A stretch of DNA of 64,000 nucleotides from Escherichia phage NHEP1. The DNA lies in sequence record PQ511146.1. One strand, given 5' to 3'. Below, piece by piece: positions 36,339-45,500 of this stretch; within the stretch, counting starts at the first letter, position 1, and the number at the start of each line of letters is the position of its first letter. Made by a program: the position numbers and the translations under genes. The notes beneath the pieces were generated by a model, which ran no database searches, was not told where the DNA came from, and saw only the letters and a list, made by a program, of their open reading frames with translations.

Positions 36339-36878
36339 TCAACACTCTTTGTACTCCACCACGATAATATCTATATCAAAAGTGGCAAGGTTAATAATGT
36401 CCTCTACATGTTCCCACTTCAAACCGCCTATGCCGCACCCGATCTTAGGGATGTAGAATGGTAAAATCGACCCCTCAAATACTTCATTGACTCGCTCAAA
36501 TCCTTTCAGTATTGAGAAATATTCAGCATTAGGCCCTGGGTAGAACTGAGTATACAGATTTATTCCGTAGACAATACCTCTCGGAGATAAGTGCTCCCAG
36601 CGGGAGAACGCGCCCAGTTTACTTAGGCAACCGTGCATAGTCATTTTATCAGCTTCCAATGCTTGAGGGAACTCACGGGCAATCTGTTTTGCTACACCCT
36701 TACCCATTGTGTGGAAGCAGTTACAACCGTGGATCAGGTGACCATCACCGCTCTTAAAAAGGGAGATTAAATCTCCCTCTACAGTATCAATAATCACGAT
36801 ATTCCAGCTCCTCTTCCACAATTTCAAAAAACTCAGTCCAGCACTGTGGCATATTGGAGTTACCGAAGTGGCTTTCAT
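36339..36878 (-). CDS. Macro-domain-like protein (putative ADP-ribose binding/processing)
   Basis: GDLI...HGCNC...MGKGVAKQI and later GCGIGG glycine-rich motif, in the order expected for macro domains. Confidence 0.5.
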   Translation of the reverse strand: MKATSVTPICHSAGLSFLKLWKRSWNIVIIDTVEGDLISLFKSGDGHLIHGCNCFHTMGKGVAKQIAREFPQALEADKMTMHGCLSKLGAFSRWEHLSPRGIVYGINLYTQFYPGPNAEYFSILKGFERVNEVFEGSILPFYIPKIGCGIGGLKWEHVEDIINLATFDIDIIVVEYKEC

Positions 36879-37212
36879 AGTAAAGGTTTTTACCGCTCGG
36901 AAGATAAAAATCTGTTACCTCATAAAATCCACAATCGTCGCACTCTCCCTCTTCAAACTTGGCCTTAACCTTAATGCCGAGGAAGGTGAAAAGTTTATGG
37001 ATATCTTCGGTCTCGAACTCCCAATTAATGTTGTTTTCCGCATCGGTGTAAAACTGGATCAGTAGGCCATCATCCATTTTTCCAAAATATTCTGTGAAGT
37101 AGCTTCCTTCCCAGAAGTCTTTGTGACAAATAATATCCATGCGCTTGCCCATAATAAAGGTGTGGGCGTTTCGTGCATCGTCACGAATCAGTTTTGGCAT
37201 TTCATAAATCAT
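36787..37212 (-). CDS. Hypothetical protein
   Basis: Track ORF 141 aa. Confidence 0.5.
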   Translation of the reverse strand: MIYEMPKLIRDDARNAHTFIMGKRMDIICHKDFWEGSYFTEYFGKMDDGLLIQFYTDAENNINWEFETEDIHKLFTFLGIKVKAKFEEGECDDCGFYEVTDFYLPSGKNLYYESHFGNSNMPQCWTEFFEIVEEELEYRDY

Positions 37213-37277
37213 CGTAGTTCTCCAGGATCAATAGGTGGTGCTACAGGAAGATCATAAAACATGGCGATCACATTCTC

Positions 37278-37475
37278 TTACGCAGGGATTGCTTCAAACA
37301 GGCCGTTATCGATACCATCCTTCAAGTAAAGATTATACTCTATGTCAGTATCTGTGTAAAGGGCAGCATCTAGCATTCTATCTGTTAGTCCATCCATTGG
37401 GTGGAGAAACCACCACCCACGCCAGTCAAAGTAACAACCTGGTGCATCTTCTCTCACACGGATTCGATAAATCAT
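37278..37475 (-). CDS. Hypothetical protein
   Basis: Track ORF 65 aa; AGGAGG RBS. Confidence 0.4.
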   Translation of the reverse strand: MIYRIRVREDAPGCYFDWRGWWFLHPMDGLTDRMLDAALYTDTDIEYNLYLKDGIDNGLFEAIPA

Positions 37476-37571
37476 GGGCAGTGGCCTCCTGTTAGTTACA
37501 CATCCCAGTTTTCTTCGTTCATTACATCCTCCAGCTCAACAAGGTTATAATTGCACACCTTACAACCCGTG

Positions 37572-37988
37572 TCAACAGAAAACTTCAACAAATTCTTCCA
37601 CAGTTTTAATGTCGTGGGAAAAAGGTTTGCGGCTATAACGGGCAATAGCACTGTCAACCACCGCCCGGTACTCCAAATCTTCAGAATATTTCATGAAGCA
37701 TTGCAACGTCTCTGGACAGATAGCCAGATAGCTCCACCACCCCTCTTCAGATTGGTAGTCAAATCCCATACTCTCTAGCCACGAAGCGTATACACCTGCA
37801 CCTTCCAGCCAGTGAGTATTTTCATCAAGGAACTTGTTCACAGTCATGTGAGCTTCTAAGCATTTATCCAACTCTTTTCCGTTAACCAGCCACGCACTGA
37901 CAGTGGCGCATCCAAGGTCCACAGATTGGGTTGATAGATTGTATTGGTCATAGTTCTCAGGTTTAACAATGATATCTTCTAATGTCAT
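37572..37988 (-). CDS. Hypothetical protein
   Basis: Track ORF 138 aa. Confidence 0.5.
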   Translation of the reverse strand: MTLEDIIVKPENYDQYNLSTQSVDLGCATVSAWLVNGKELDKCLEAHMTVNKFLDENTHWLEGAGVYASWLESMGFDYQSEEGWWSYLAICPETLQCFMKYSEDLEYRAVVDSAIARYSRKPFSHDIKTVEEFVEVFC

Positions 37989-38007
37989 TTTTCAGTCCTC
38001 TCTATAC

Positions 38008-38035
38008 AAAAATGCCCCACCCTTTCGGGCAGGGC
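38008..38035 (-). terminator. Rho-independent terminator (minus strand)
   Basis: Minus strand GCCCTGCCC-GAAA-GGGTGGGGC followed by ATTTTTGT; identical hairpin recurs at 49129-49150. Confidence 0.6.
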
Positions 38036-38050
38036 TATGTTGACTAGATG

Positions 38051-39277
38051 TTAAAAAGGTATGTCATCATCAAAGGCGTACTGTGCCGGATTCTGATCCA
38101 TCGGGTCGTCTTCCGCATCATCTACAGGAGGAGCGTCTACAGTGTTTTGCTGTGGGGCGGCTTCCTGTTTGGCAGCTTGAGGCTCTTGATGGTCAGTGAC
38201 TCCAGCACCGTTCTTGATCCAATCATACAACGGTTCAGCAAGATTAGTCAAGACATCTTTTGCCTCTGCAGTAATTGCTACTGCAAAATCATCAACTTTC
38301 GTTTTCTTGTCAATACGGCGACAAGCGTTCAATACCGCATTACCAACACTGGCACCTACTTCATCTTCAGTTCGGTTAGTGGCTTGAGCGTACTCTTTCT
38401 TAAGCTCGATGGTGACCACGTGCAGTGTTTTAGCCACATCTAAAGGACTGTCAATCTTAAACCCGCGATCCAGGATGATCTGCAATGCATTGATACTGTG
38501 CCCTGTCTCTACACCGATGGGGTCGTAAGAGGATTTACGCTTACCACCAGAACCTTGTGTACCGTTCTCTGCTTTAGGCGGGTAGGCCTTGAAGCCGCTG
38601 ATAATATTCCCGGTGTCTTTGTCAACAATAGCTGCAACACGACCACCTACCACCAGGTCTTTAAGCTGCTCATCAGAGACAACCATAGCACCTTCACCAA
38701 TCTTGTGATCATTGACAGTAACCACGTTGCCAACAATCTGAGTCACATCGCCATAGATGCGTAAAACGTCCTGATTGGCATTCTGCTGAGGTTTCTGCTT
38801 CTGGCCTTGTGATTGTGCACCTTGTTGCTGTTTTTGCTGCTGAGTCGCTGCTGGAGCCTCTCCTGCACCCAGCTTGACCATCTTAGCCAGGGAGCCTTTG
38901 TAATAGATCTTACCGTTATGCTCGTTTGCCTTCAAAGGGATATTTACGATCCATCCTGGCGTTACAGTTTCCCACTTGTCATCAATTTTAACAGAGACAG
39001 AGTCTTGATGACCCGGTTTAAGCAGCTTATCACCCATACTGATCCAAACTTCTTCACCACCTTGAAGCAGGTTATCAGAGGAATCCAGTTCAGAAATCAG
39101 TAAAGAGATGGTGTGGCTGGATTCAATTTTCTTACCTTGCCACACAGTGGTTTTAATACCTGTTGTAGGATCAGCACCTTTGATAGGCTTGATGCTGACA
39201 CGTTTAATCATGCCGTGAGCCAGTAAAACAGTTTCACGCGGATTCATCGGGTTAGCGAATTGTTGAATAACGCTCAT
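38051..39277 (-). CDS. Hypothetical protein with Gln-rich linkers and bacterial SSB-type C-terminal tail (DDDIPF)
   Basis: 408 aa; C-terminus ...AQYAFDDDIPF; N-terminal region unlike a canonical SSB OB fold by eye. Confidence 0.6.
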   Translation of the reverse strand: MSVIQQFANPMNPRETVLLAHGMIKRVSIKPIKGADPTTGIKTTVWQGKKIESSHTISLLISELDSSDNLLQGGEEVWISMGDKLLKPGHQDSVSVKIDDKWETVTPGWIVNIPLKANEHNGKIYYKGSLAKMVKLGAGEAPAATQQQKQQQGAQSQGQKQKPQQNANQDVLRIYGDVTQIVGNVVTVNDHKIGEGAMVVSDEQLKDLVVGGRVAAIVDKDTGNIISGFKAYPPKAENGTQGSGGKRKSSYDPIGVETGHSINALQIILDRGFKIDSPLDVAKTLHVVTIELKKEYAQATNRTEDEVGASVGNAVLNACRRIDKKTKVDDFAVAITAEAKDVLTNLAEPLYDWIKNGAGVTDHQEPQAAKQEAAPQQNTVDAPPVDDAEDDPMDQNPAQYAFDDDIPF

Positions 39278-39753
39278 TATTTATCTCCTTGTTCTTCGTT
39301 AGTGTTTGCCGTGTGTGCAAACCCTGCTTGAATTAATTTGTCCTGAACTTGAGCCAACAGGCCCATTGCAAAACTTGTGGTCCCAGAGAGGGCCATCAGC
39401 ATATCTCGTTGTTGAGCTACCCAACCTAAGGCATAGTCCAAACGACGATATTTTTCTTCTTCACGCAGAGCCTGGAATAATTGTTCAGCCTCTGGCTGTT
39501 GTGTAAGCTCCTGAAGTCTTCCCATGAAAGAAGAAAGCACTAGCAGAAGAGACACTTGATCTTTACTTAACCCTAAGAAAAATTCTTGAGGTTGTTCTTG
39601 CTCGTTCATCGCAACCGACGCTTGATCGTTCATTTGTTCCATTATGGAATCTCCGATTTTATTTGAACAACATAGAAGGAGACACCATTTTAGCATCTCC
39701 TTCTGCAAATTACAACAGGTATTTGTTAGCCAATTACTTCGAAAGTACCCCAA
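39277..39753 (-). CDS. Hypothetical protein
   Basis: Track ORF 158 aa. Confidence 0.5.
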   Translation of the reverse strand: MGYFRSNWLTNTCCNLQKEMLKWCLLLCCSNKIGDSIMEQMNDQASVAMNEQEQPQEFFLGLSKDQVSLLLVLSSFMGRLQELTQQPEAEQLFQALREEEKYRRLDYALGWVAQQRDMLMALSGTTSFAMGLLAQVQDKLIQAGFAHTANTNEEQGDK

Positions 39754-39971
39754 CTCCCGTTCAGCAGGCAGGTGATCGGATCACCATCATCGTCAATTAT
39801 TTCAAAGTTTTCAACATCCAGAATATGGTCATCGAACACAATGCTCTTATCGCCACCACCAGAAATAACAGCGTATTCCTTACCTTGTGTTAGGTTCTGG
39901 CAACCTTTGCCGCCGAAACCAACTTCAACACAACGTACTTTCTGTCCTGCGCGAGCAACTACTCCAGCCAT
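39726..39971 (-). CDS. Hypothetical protein
   Basis: Track ORF 81 aa. Confidence 0.45.
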   Translation of the reverse strand: MAGVVARAGQKVRCVEVGFGGKGCQNLTQGKEYAVISGGGDKSIVFDDHILDVENFEIIDDDGDPITCLLNGSWGTFEVIG

Positions 39972-39988
39972 CTTAAGGTCTCCTGATA

Positions 39989-40309
39989 TTAATCGTCAAG
40001 TTCAAAATAGATTTTAACAGCTTCATCAAAGATTGGAATCCCGATGTTGTTGATAAGCTGCCAAACTACCATATCTTTTCCTGGATCTGGGAGAATGTCA
40101 ACCTTTCTCCATGCGCTATATATCCAGTTCGGACCGCCTTCTGCACTAACTGGTAGATTTTCACCAGCTTCTTGTAAATACTTATACAGCAAAAGGTATT
40201 CTGGGTACTCTAGAACACTGTCCTCTGTAGTATATAGCAGTTCACGGTATACTTTCAAGAATCCTGTTGGGTTGATGTTTTCAGTCTTCATTTGCTGCTT
40301 CTCCTGCAT
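39989..40309 (-). CDS. Hypothetical protein
   Basis: Track ORF 106 aa. Confidence 0.5.
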   Translation of the reverse strand: MQEKQQMKTENINPTGFLKVYRELLYTTEDSVLEYPEYLLLYKYLQEAGENLPVSAEGGPNWIYSAWRKVDILPDPGKDMVVWQLINNIGIPIFDEAVKIYFELDD

Positions 40310-40685
40310 TCATCAGATCTGCCATAGCGTCACCAACGAAGAGGACAACCACGTCGTTGACAGCGTCAGCATCATCTTTATTGATGTTGCTGAATTTGGG
40401 GCACACTGCAATGACCATATAGACCCCGTTGCCCAACTGAACAGTGCGTGTAGTGCACATTAGTGTGGTGCTTGTGCCTTCTTTAAAGGCAAATCCTTGC
40501 AGACGTTCTTCCAGAGAGTCACCTGTGGATTTCAACAAGGCAAGATCGCCCAATGCGTAGGTAGTGTCCTCATAGGTCAGTCCAGAGGTCAATGTTGCCT
40601 TTCCATCAGAAACTATAATAACCCCATCGGCACCGTCAAGCTCAGAGGCTTCAAAGATATTAATATCCCAAATGTTTTTCATCAC
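40281..40685 (-). CDS. Hypothetical protein
   Basis: Track ORF 134 aa. Confidence 0.5.
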   Translation of the reverse strand: MMKNIWDINIFEASELDGADGVIIVSDGKATLTSGLTYEDTTYALGDLALLKSTGDSLEERLQGFAFKEGTSTTLMCTTRTVQLGNGVYMVIAVCPKFSNINKDDADAVNDVVVLFVGDAMADLMNAGEAANED

Positions 40686-41002
40686 GCTTCCTCGTCATCT
40701 AATGGGTTGAAGATTTCACCGAAGTATTCTAAGACTTCCAGCTCACGGGTGGTGCAGAAAACACAGTCCCCGTTGTCATCTTCGATAACGGCCTCTTTAC
40801 CAAGAACATCAACTTCAAATTCGTCGTTTAACAGAACGGAACCTGTGTAAACTTTATCTGCCGTGCAGTCCCGAAAAGCAGAGTCCTTCTCCAAGTAGTC
40901 TGGCTTAACCTTGGCTTTAATTCGTTGATATTGTTTGGTCATTGCTGTGGTCCCCTTTCGTTTTGATAGGGCCATTATATTAGGCCCTATCGCTATTGTC
41001 AA
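40682..41002 (-). CDS. Hypothetical protein (paralog of 41006..41260)
   Basis: Shared AF(R/K)DCT and DD(N/E)GD.V(F/W)CT motifs. Confidence 0.5.
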   Translation of the reverse strand: MTIAIGPNIMALSKRKGTTAMTKQYQRIKAKVKPDYLEKDSAFRDCTADKVYTGSVLLNDEFEVDVLGKEAVIEDDNGDCVFCTTRELEVLEYFGEIFNPLDDEEA

Positions 41003-41005
41003 GTA

Positions 41006-41260
41006 TTAATGCTCAGGTTTTACAAAAACTACTTCGTTAACAGTGCACCAGACAGAATCCCCTTCATCATCTTTAAAGGTAAGACACTGGGCCGAGTTTT
41101 CCAACTCATCAAGTTCTTCTTGTGATAAATAGGTCCCTTCTTCCAGAAGGGCTTTTACCAGAGGGTTCTCACAAAACTCTGCTTCATAAATTGCACCGAG
41201 TGTGCAATCTTTAAAAGCTCGGTCATTTGCAACGCATTCTGGCTTCAAAGTAATTTTCAT
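41006..41260 (-). CDS. Hypothetical protein (paralog of 40682..41002)
   Basis: Shared motifs with the upstream neighbour. Confidence 0.5.
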   Translation of the reverse strand: MKITLKPECVANDRAFKDCTLGAIYEAEFCENPLVKALLEEGTYLSQEELDELENSAQCLTFKDDEGDSVWCTVNEVVFVKPEH

Positions 41261-41335
41261 CTTGGCGGTCTCCTTAATTATTTAAAATCAACGCTCTGTC
41301 TGTGTGGGGTATCTTACATCTACCCCAACTTGTTG

Positions 41336-41734
41336 TCAACGACTATTTTCAATCATCCACCAAGGATCGAGATAAGTTTGTTGACTTTTTGCCCACTGGC
41401 AAACTTCATTGTACATCTGGATCTCTTTGTCCGTCAGTTCACGAATAGGCTCATCTATACCCTCATTTTTGTGGTAATCCCAGTCGGCATCGATTTCCCA
41501 CAACCATGACTTACGATCTTCACGTTTACGCACACAGAAGTCCCCAGGACGGCCTGCCAGTGCATTTAGGAACTCGTTCTCCGCTCGCTCCTGGAGAATA
41601 CTAAGGAGCAAAACGTTGGAGCATGACCGTAAAATATGCTTCAGCTCACAATCATCGATCTCAACTTCAATACGTTGCTTGACTGTGTGGGTACCTTTTA
41701 CTAACATTCTACCTCCTCTAGACGAACTCTGCAA
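41336..41734 (-). CDS. Hypothetical protein
   Basis: Track ORF 132 aa; consensus promoter upstream. Confidence 0.5.
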   Translation of the reverse strand: MQSSSRGGRMLVKGTHTVKQRIEVEIDDCELKHILRSCSNVLLLSILQERAENEFLNALAGRPGDFCVRKREDRKSWLWEIDADWDYHKNEGIDEPIRELTDKEIQMYNEVCQWAKSQQTYLDPWWMIENSR

Positions 41735-41912
41735 GGGTTGTGTTGTTCACTGCACCGCAGTAGATGGAGTATCCCAACCCGTTAGGGTGTAGAAACCACG
41801 GCACACCTTGATCATCCTTCACGTATACATCTCCATTTTCCGTAAAGGGCCAATACTCTTCTCCAAGGGTAAAATACCTACTCATACCTTCAGCCAGATA
41901 CTTTACTTTCAT
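41718..41912 (-). CDS. Small protein, DDxGxxW(F/Y)L paralog family
   Basis: KDDQGVPWFLHPNGLGYSIY motif shared with the next two ORFs. Confidence 0.45.
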   Translation of the reverse strand: MKVKYLAEGMSRYFTLGEEYWPFTENGDVYVKDDQGVPWFLHPNGLGYSIYCGAVNNTTLAEFV

Positions 41913-42136
41913 AGATCCTCTTCAACAGCTACAAACTTGGCAAGTAGGGTGGTTCCATAGATATGATACTCACCGTTTGCCAGATGGGAGATAAACCAGG
42001 CAACACCGTCCTCGTCTTCGATCATATTGTTTCTGCGATCCTCGTCGTAATAAACCTTGTAGACCTTACCTTCTTCAAAGAATGATAGGTCTGTCATCTT
42101 CTCTTCTACAAATGTCGCTTTAACCAAAGTTGTCAT
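41909..42136 (-). CDS. Small protein, DDxGxxW(F/Y)L paralog family
   Basis: DEDGVAWFISHLANGEYHIY. Confidence 0.45.
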   Translation of the reverse strand: MTTLVKATFVEEKMTDLSFFEEGKVYKVYYDEDRRNNMIEDEDGVAWFISHLANGEYHIYGTTLLAKFVAVEEDL

Positions 42137-42507
42137 TGATCTGCCTCCTTCTTGTTGAGCCGGAACACTGCAATAATAGCATTTCCAAGATGCAGTGTCA
42201 AATCATTTCCCAGATACCATAACATTCCACGGTCATCTTTAATGAAAGGGTAACAATCCGGTGCCTTCCAGACATTATACACTTTGCCGACCTGAAAGAA
42301 ATCAGGCCCTGTTGGAATTTTAGTACCGGGCCATACTTGGGACACCTGAACGCATTCTACCTGCATAATGACAGGGATAGTCATGGAGGTAAATGTTTTT
42401 GTTGGTTCTACTACCATAAAAGTCTCCTCTCTGTCTAACAACACTTCCGTGTGTTGATAGTTTACATTAGTGACAATCACCCCAGTTACGACCGCACAAG
42501 TATTCAC
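42133..42507 (-). CDS. Small protein, DDxGxxW(F/Y)L paralog family
   Basis: KDDRGMLWYLGNDLTLHLG. Confidence 0.5.
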   Translation of the reverse strand: MNTCAVVTGVIVTNVNYQHTEVLLDREETFMVVEPTKTFTSMTIPVIMQVECVQVSQVWPGTKIPTGPDFFQVGKVYNVWKAPDCYPFIKDDRGMLWYLGNDLTLHLGNAIIAVFRLNKKEADQ

Positions 42508-45500
42508 CTGTGATCTGGAACGGAACGCCCATCATTTTAGAAGCCTGCCAGAAGCAATGCACCACCATTTCGCCCACAGGGCTCCAGATAAGCTCAAGCT
42601 TTCCGTCATCATTCAAGATAGGATCGTATACCGTATTTCCATCCTTGTCAACCACTTCGTTTCCGTCCTCATCTTTGCGTGCCTTTTTGTACTTATGACC
42701 GTCGAACACATGAAGTTTAGCCTCTTGTTGGGCTTTAAATGTTTCCAGCTCTTCAATTGTGTCGAAGGTGTATACGGTTTTATACTTAGGTGTGTCAGGC
42801 ACTTGAAGCTGATATTCGTCATGGTAATAGATAATACGACGAACACCCTCATCATACCATCCACGCTTCACCATCTGGTGGTGCATGAGGATTCCGACCA
42901 AGTCGCACAACGATGCACCGCCATTTTGCTGATATGCATTAAGCAAAGAGTGTTTAGAGCGGGTCCAAATGGCATGCCCGTCAAAAGAGTAGATAAATTT
43001 CTTACCTGTTGCTTCCCAGAATTTCTCCAGATCCTCTTTACGCCCCTTAAGGCCCGGGTTGGCATCCCAGAGAGCATCAATTACTCTCTGTCCAAGTTCT
43101 GGAGAGATATCTAGCATATCTGCAACTTTATCTTTTTGTGCCCCGTACATAACCCCATATGTGACAGGCTTACCATCGTTACGGGAAATCTCCTTGCCTG
43201 CTACAGAAGAGTAAGCTTTGGCGTTATTACAGTTACCGCACACTGCCACTTTACCATTCCTTCTCACAATGATTGCTCCAGAAGGGACGGTAACGCAATA
43301 AACCAAAGAACCGCTCACCTCGACAGACTCTTTAGATAGTGTCAGCAACCCTGCTCTCTGTTTGCTACCAATCGTGATTCTGTGCTGTACGGAACGACCT
43401 TTTTTGTGAATCGCCACCGTATTATTCCGTAAACCACACTGAGTAGCCAGCGCAGACACAACCTCTACAGATTTCTTCCTGCACCCGGCCTGAGAGTAGT
43501 AGGCAACTTTTCCACCTTCGGAAGATACCCACCCGTCCCAGTTAGATAAAGAAGCTATAAACAGGTTTTTAGATTCTTTATCAAGGTCCATCAGGTTGTA
43601 GGTGAAATCCTTATTGCTGTCCAAAAACTCAAATACCCAGGACGGAACGTGGAATTGGAACCTTCTCGCCAGTAAGCCCCCTTTTGTGGTTTTCCCGCTC
43701 TGCTCTACATAACTAAGGCTTAGAGCAGAAAAAGTATCTAAAAGCGTTGCAACTTTTCTGCCCTTCCCGACCTGAATCCTGCACACGATGCTGCCGTCCT
43801 TATTTGTATGCAAGTGCCCATCATCGTGAATAGCAATAAGCAAATTAACCTGGGCAGGAGATAAGGTTGTATTCCCATAAAACTCTGCCGCATGGATAAA
43901 CCTTCTTCCTGAATTAGACCCTTTACCTGCTTTCAGGTCTTTTGCCAAATCTTCAAACAATTTATTGCTTCTGTGATCCACGGTCAGCATCCTGTGTTGA
44001 TCTGTAACCATAAAATCCACACTGCTGTTGTGGAAATGATACATATCCCCACAATAACTACGCTTAACGTAATTTAATGGAGTAACAAGGTTCATCGACG
44101 AGGTGTTGTGATCGTACTGGAACACCTGTGTTCCCGGATCAAGATCTTCAAACCTCACCCACCCTTTCTCCGTGAGAATTTGTGTATCTCCTGAATAACA
44201 GTGTGCATCGCCGTTACTTACAACATCATAATACAGACCGTTGTCAAACTCAAAGGCACCCCAGGCCCCGATGAGCTGCTCTAAGTTGGACCCGTCAATA
44301 CCGATCTCAAAGTATCCTGGAGGAACACCCCACAGACTACGCATCTCTTTACCCATAACCACTTTAGGAGATGGTTTAGGCATGTTTGCACAAATACTAT
44401 GTTTCTGTCTGGAAGTGTTTGTTAATCCAGAACTTTTAGCAGGAAGCTTGTGGTCAATCTTCAAACGTGGATGATTAAGAAGACCAGTATCAACCTTATC
44501 TTCCTTGATTGGATCAAGGACCGATCTGCGGTTTCGCAATGATAACCACAAAACGATATCTTTAGCCATCTCTCCGTTCAATTTTTCAAGATTCGGGCAC
44601 AGGTGTCCAAACGTATCTTTCAGTTGCGGAGAAGTAATAAGCGCTCTGGCTTTTCTACGTATCTTCCCAAACACTTCCTTTTTAATCCTTTCTGAGTTAG
44701 GGAAGCTTCGGAACTTATGCACAGTTGTCTGGAACTTGGCATCAGTTTTGTTCCAGAAGTTGATAATTAGATCACAATACTCTGACTCCAAAAGCTCGTC
44801 CATATATGCATATACTCGTGCATCAACATCTGCATCAGGTAAAGCTTTCTTCTTGCTGTCTTTAGTTACATCTTTAGTTCTCCACATTGTTGGGAGCCAA
44901 CCAGCACTGATCAGGTATCGCTTGATGTCGTCCTGATTGCTGATTTTCATAGGTATCTTGCAGTCAGGCATTCGCTTCTGCTGTAGGTCACTTATCGCCT
45001 GATCCATCAGCTCTTTAGGTAAAGGGTGTGGTGTAGAAGTTCCTTTGATATACCCCCTCAAGAAATCAGCCATCTTATCGGGGTCTTTACAGCCCATCTC
45101 TTCACACCATTTTATCCCCATCTTACTTACATCCCCTGTGGAGGTAAATGCTCGCTTAGGAGGAGCTTTGAACTCTAAAGCACTCATGTCCACAGGGTAG
45201 CCAAGCTTGTCTTTTAACCATTTCCAACCATTATTGGAGATTGTCCCATCTTGGTTAAACGGCTTTTCAGGGAACTTAGGCCGCTGAGACATTGATAACT
45301 CTTTTAAAGGAAGTTGTGGTTCAACACGATCAGCGATCTCTTTCATCCACGCATCGCAACGGTCACGTAAAGCAATAGCCCCATCTATGTCGAAATACAC
45401 CCCCTGTCGAGCCTGCAGCTCCATCAGGAAGTGCTGTAACATGCCTCGGCGTAATGCGTTCTTCCAGGTGATCTTCTTGAAGCCTTTCGGCTTCTCTTTG

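Noticed and set aside
42470-43114. 214-aa plus-strand ORF antisense to the DNA polymerase
   Set aside because: Embedded in the polymerase/intein coding region on the opposite strand; no RBS or promoter.
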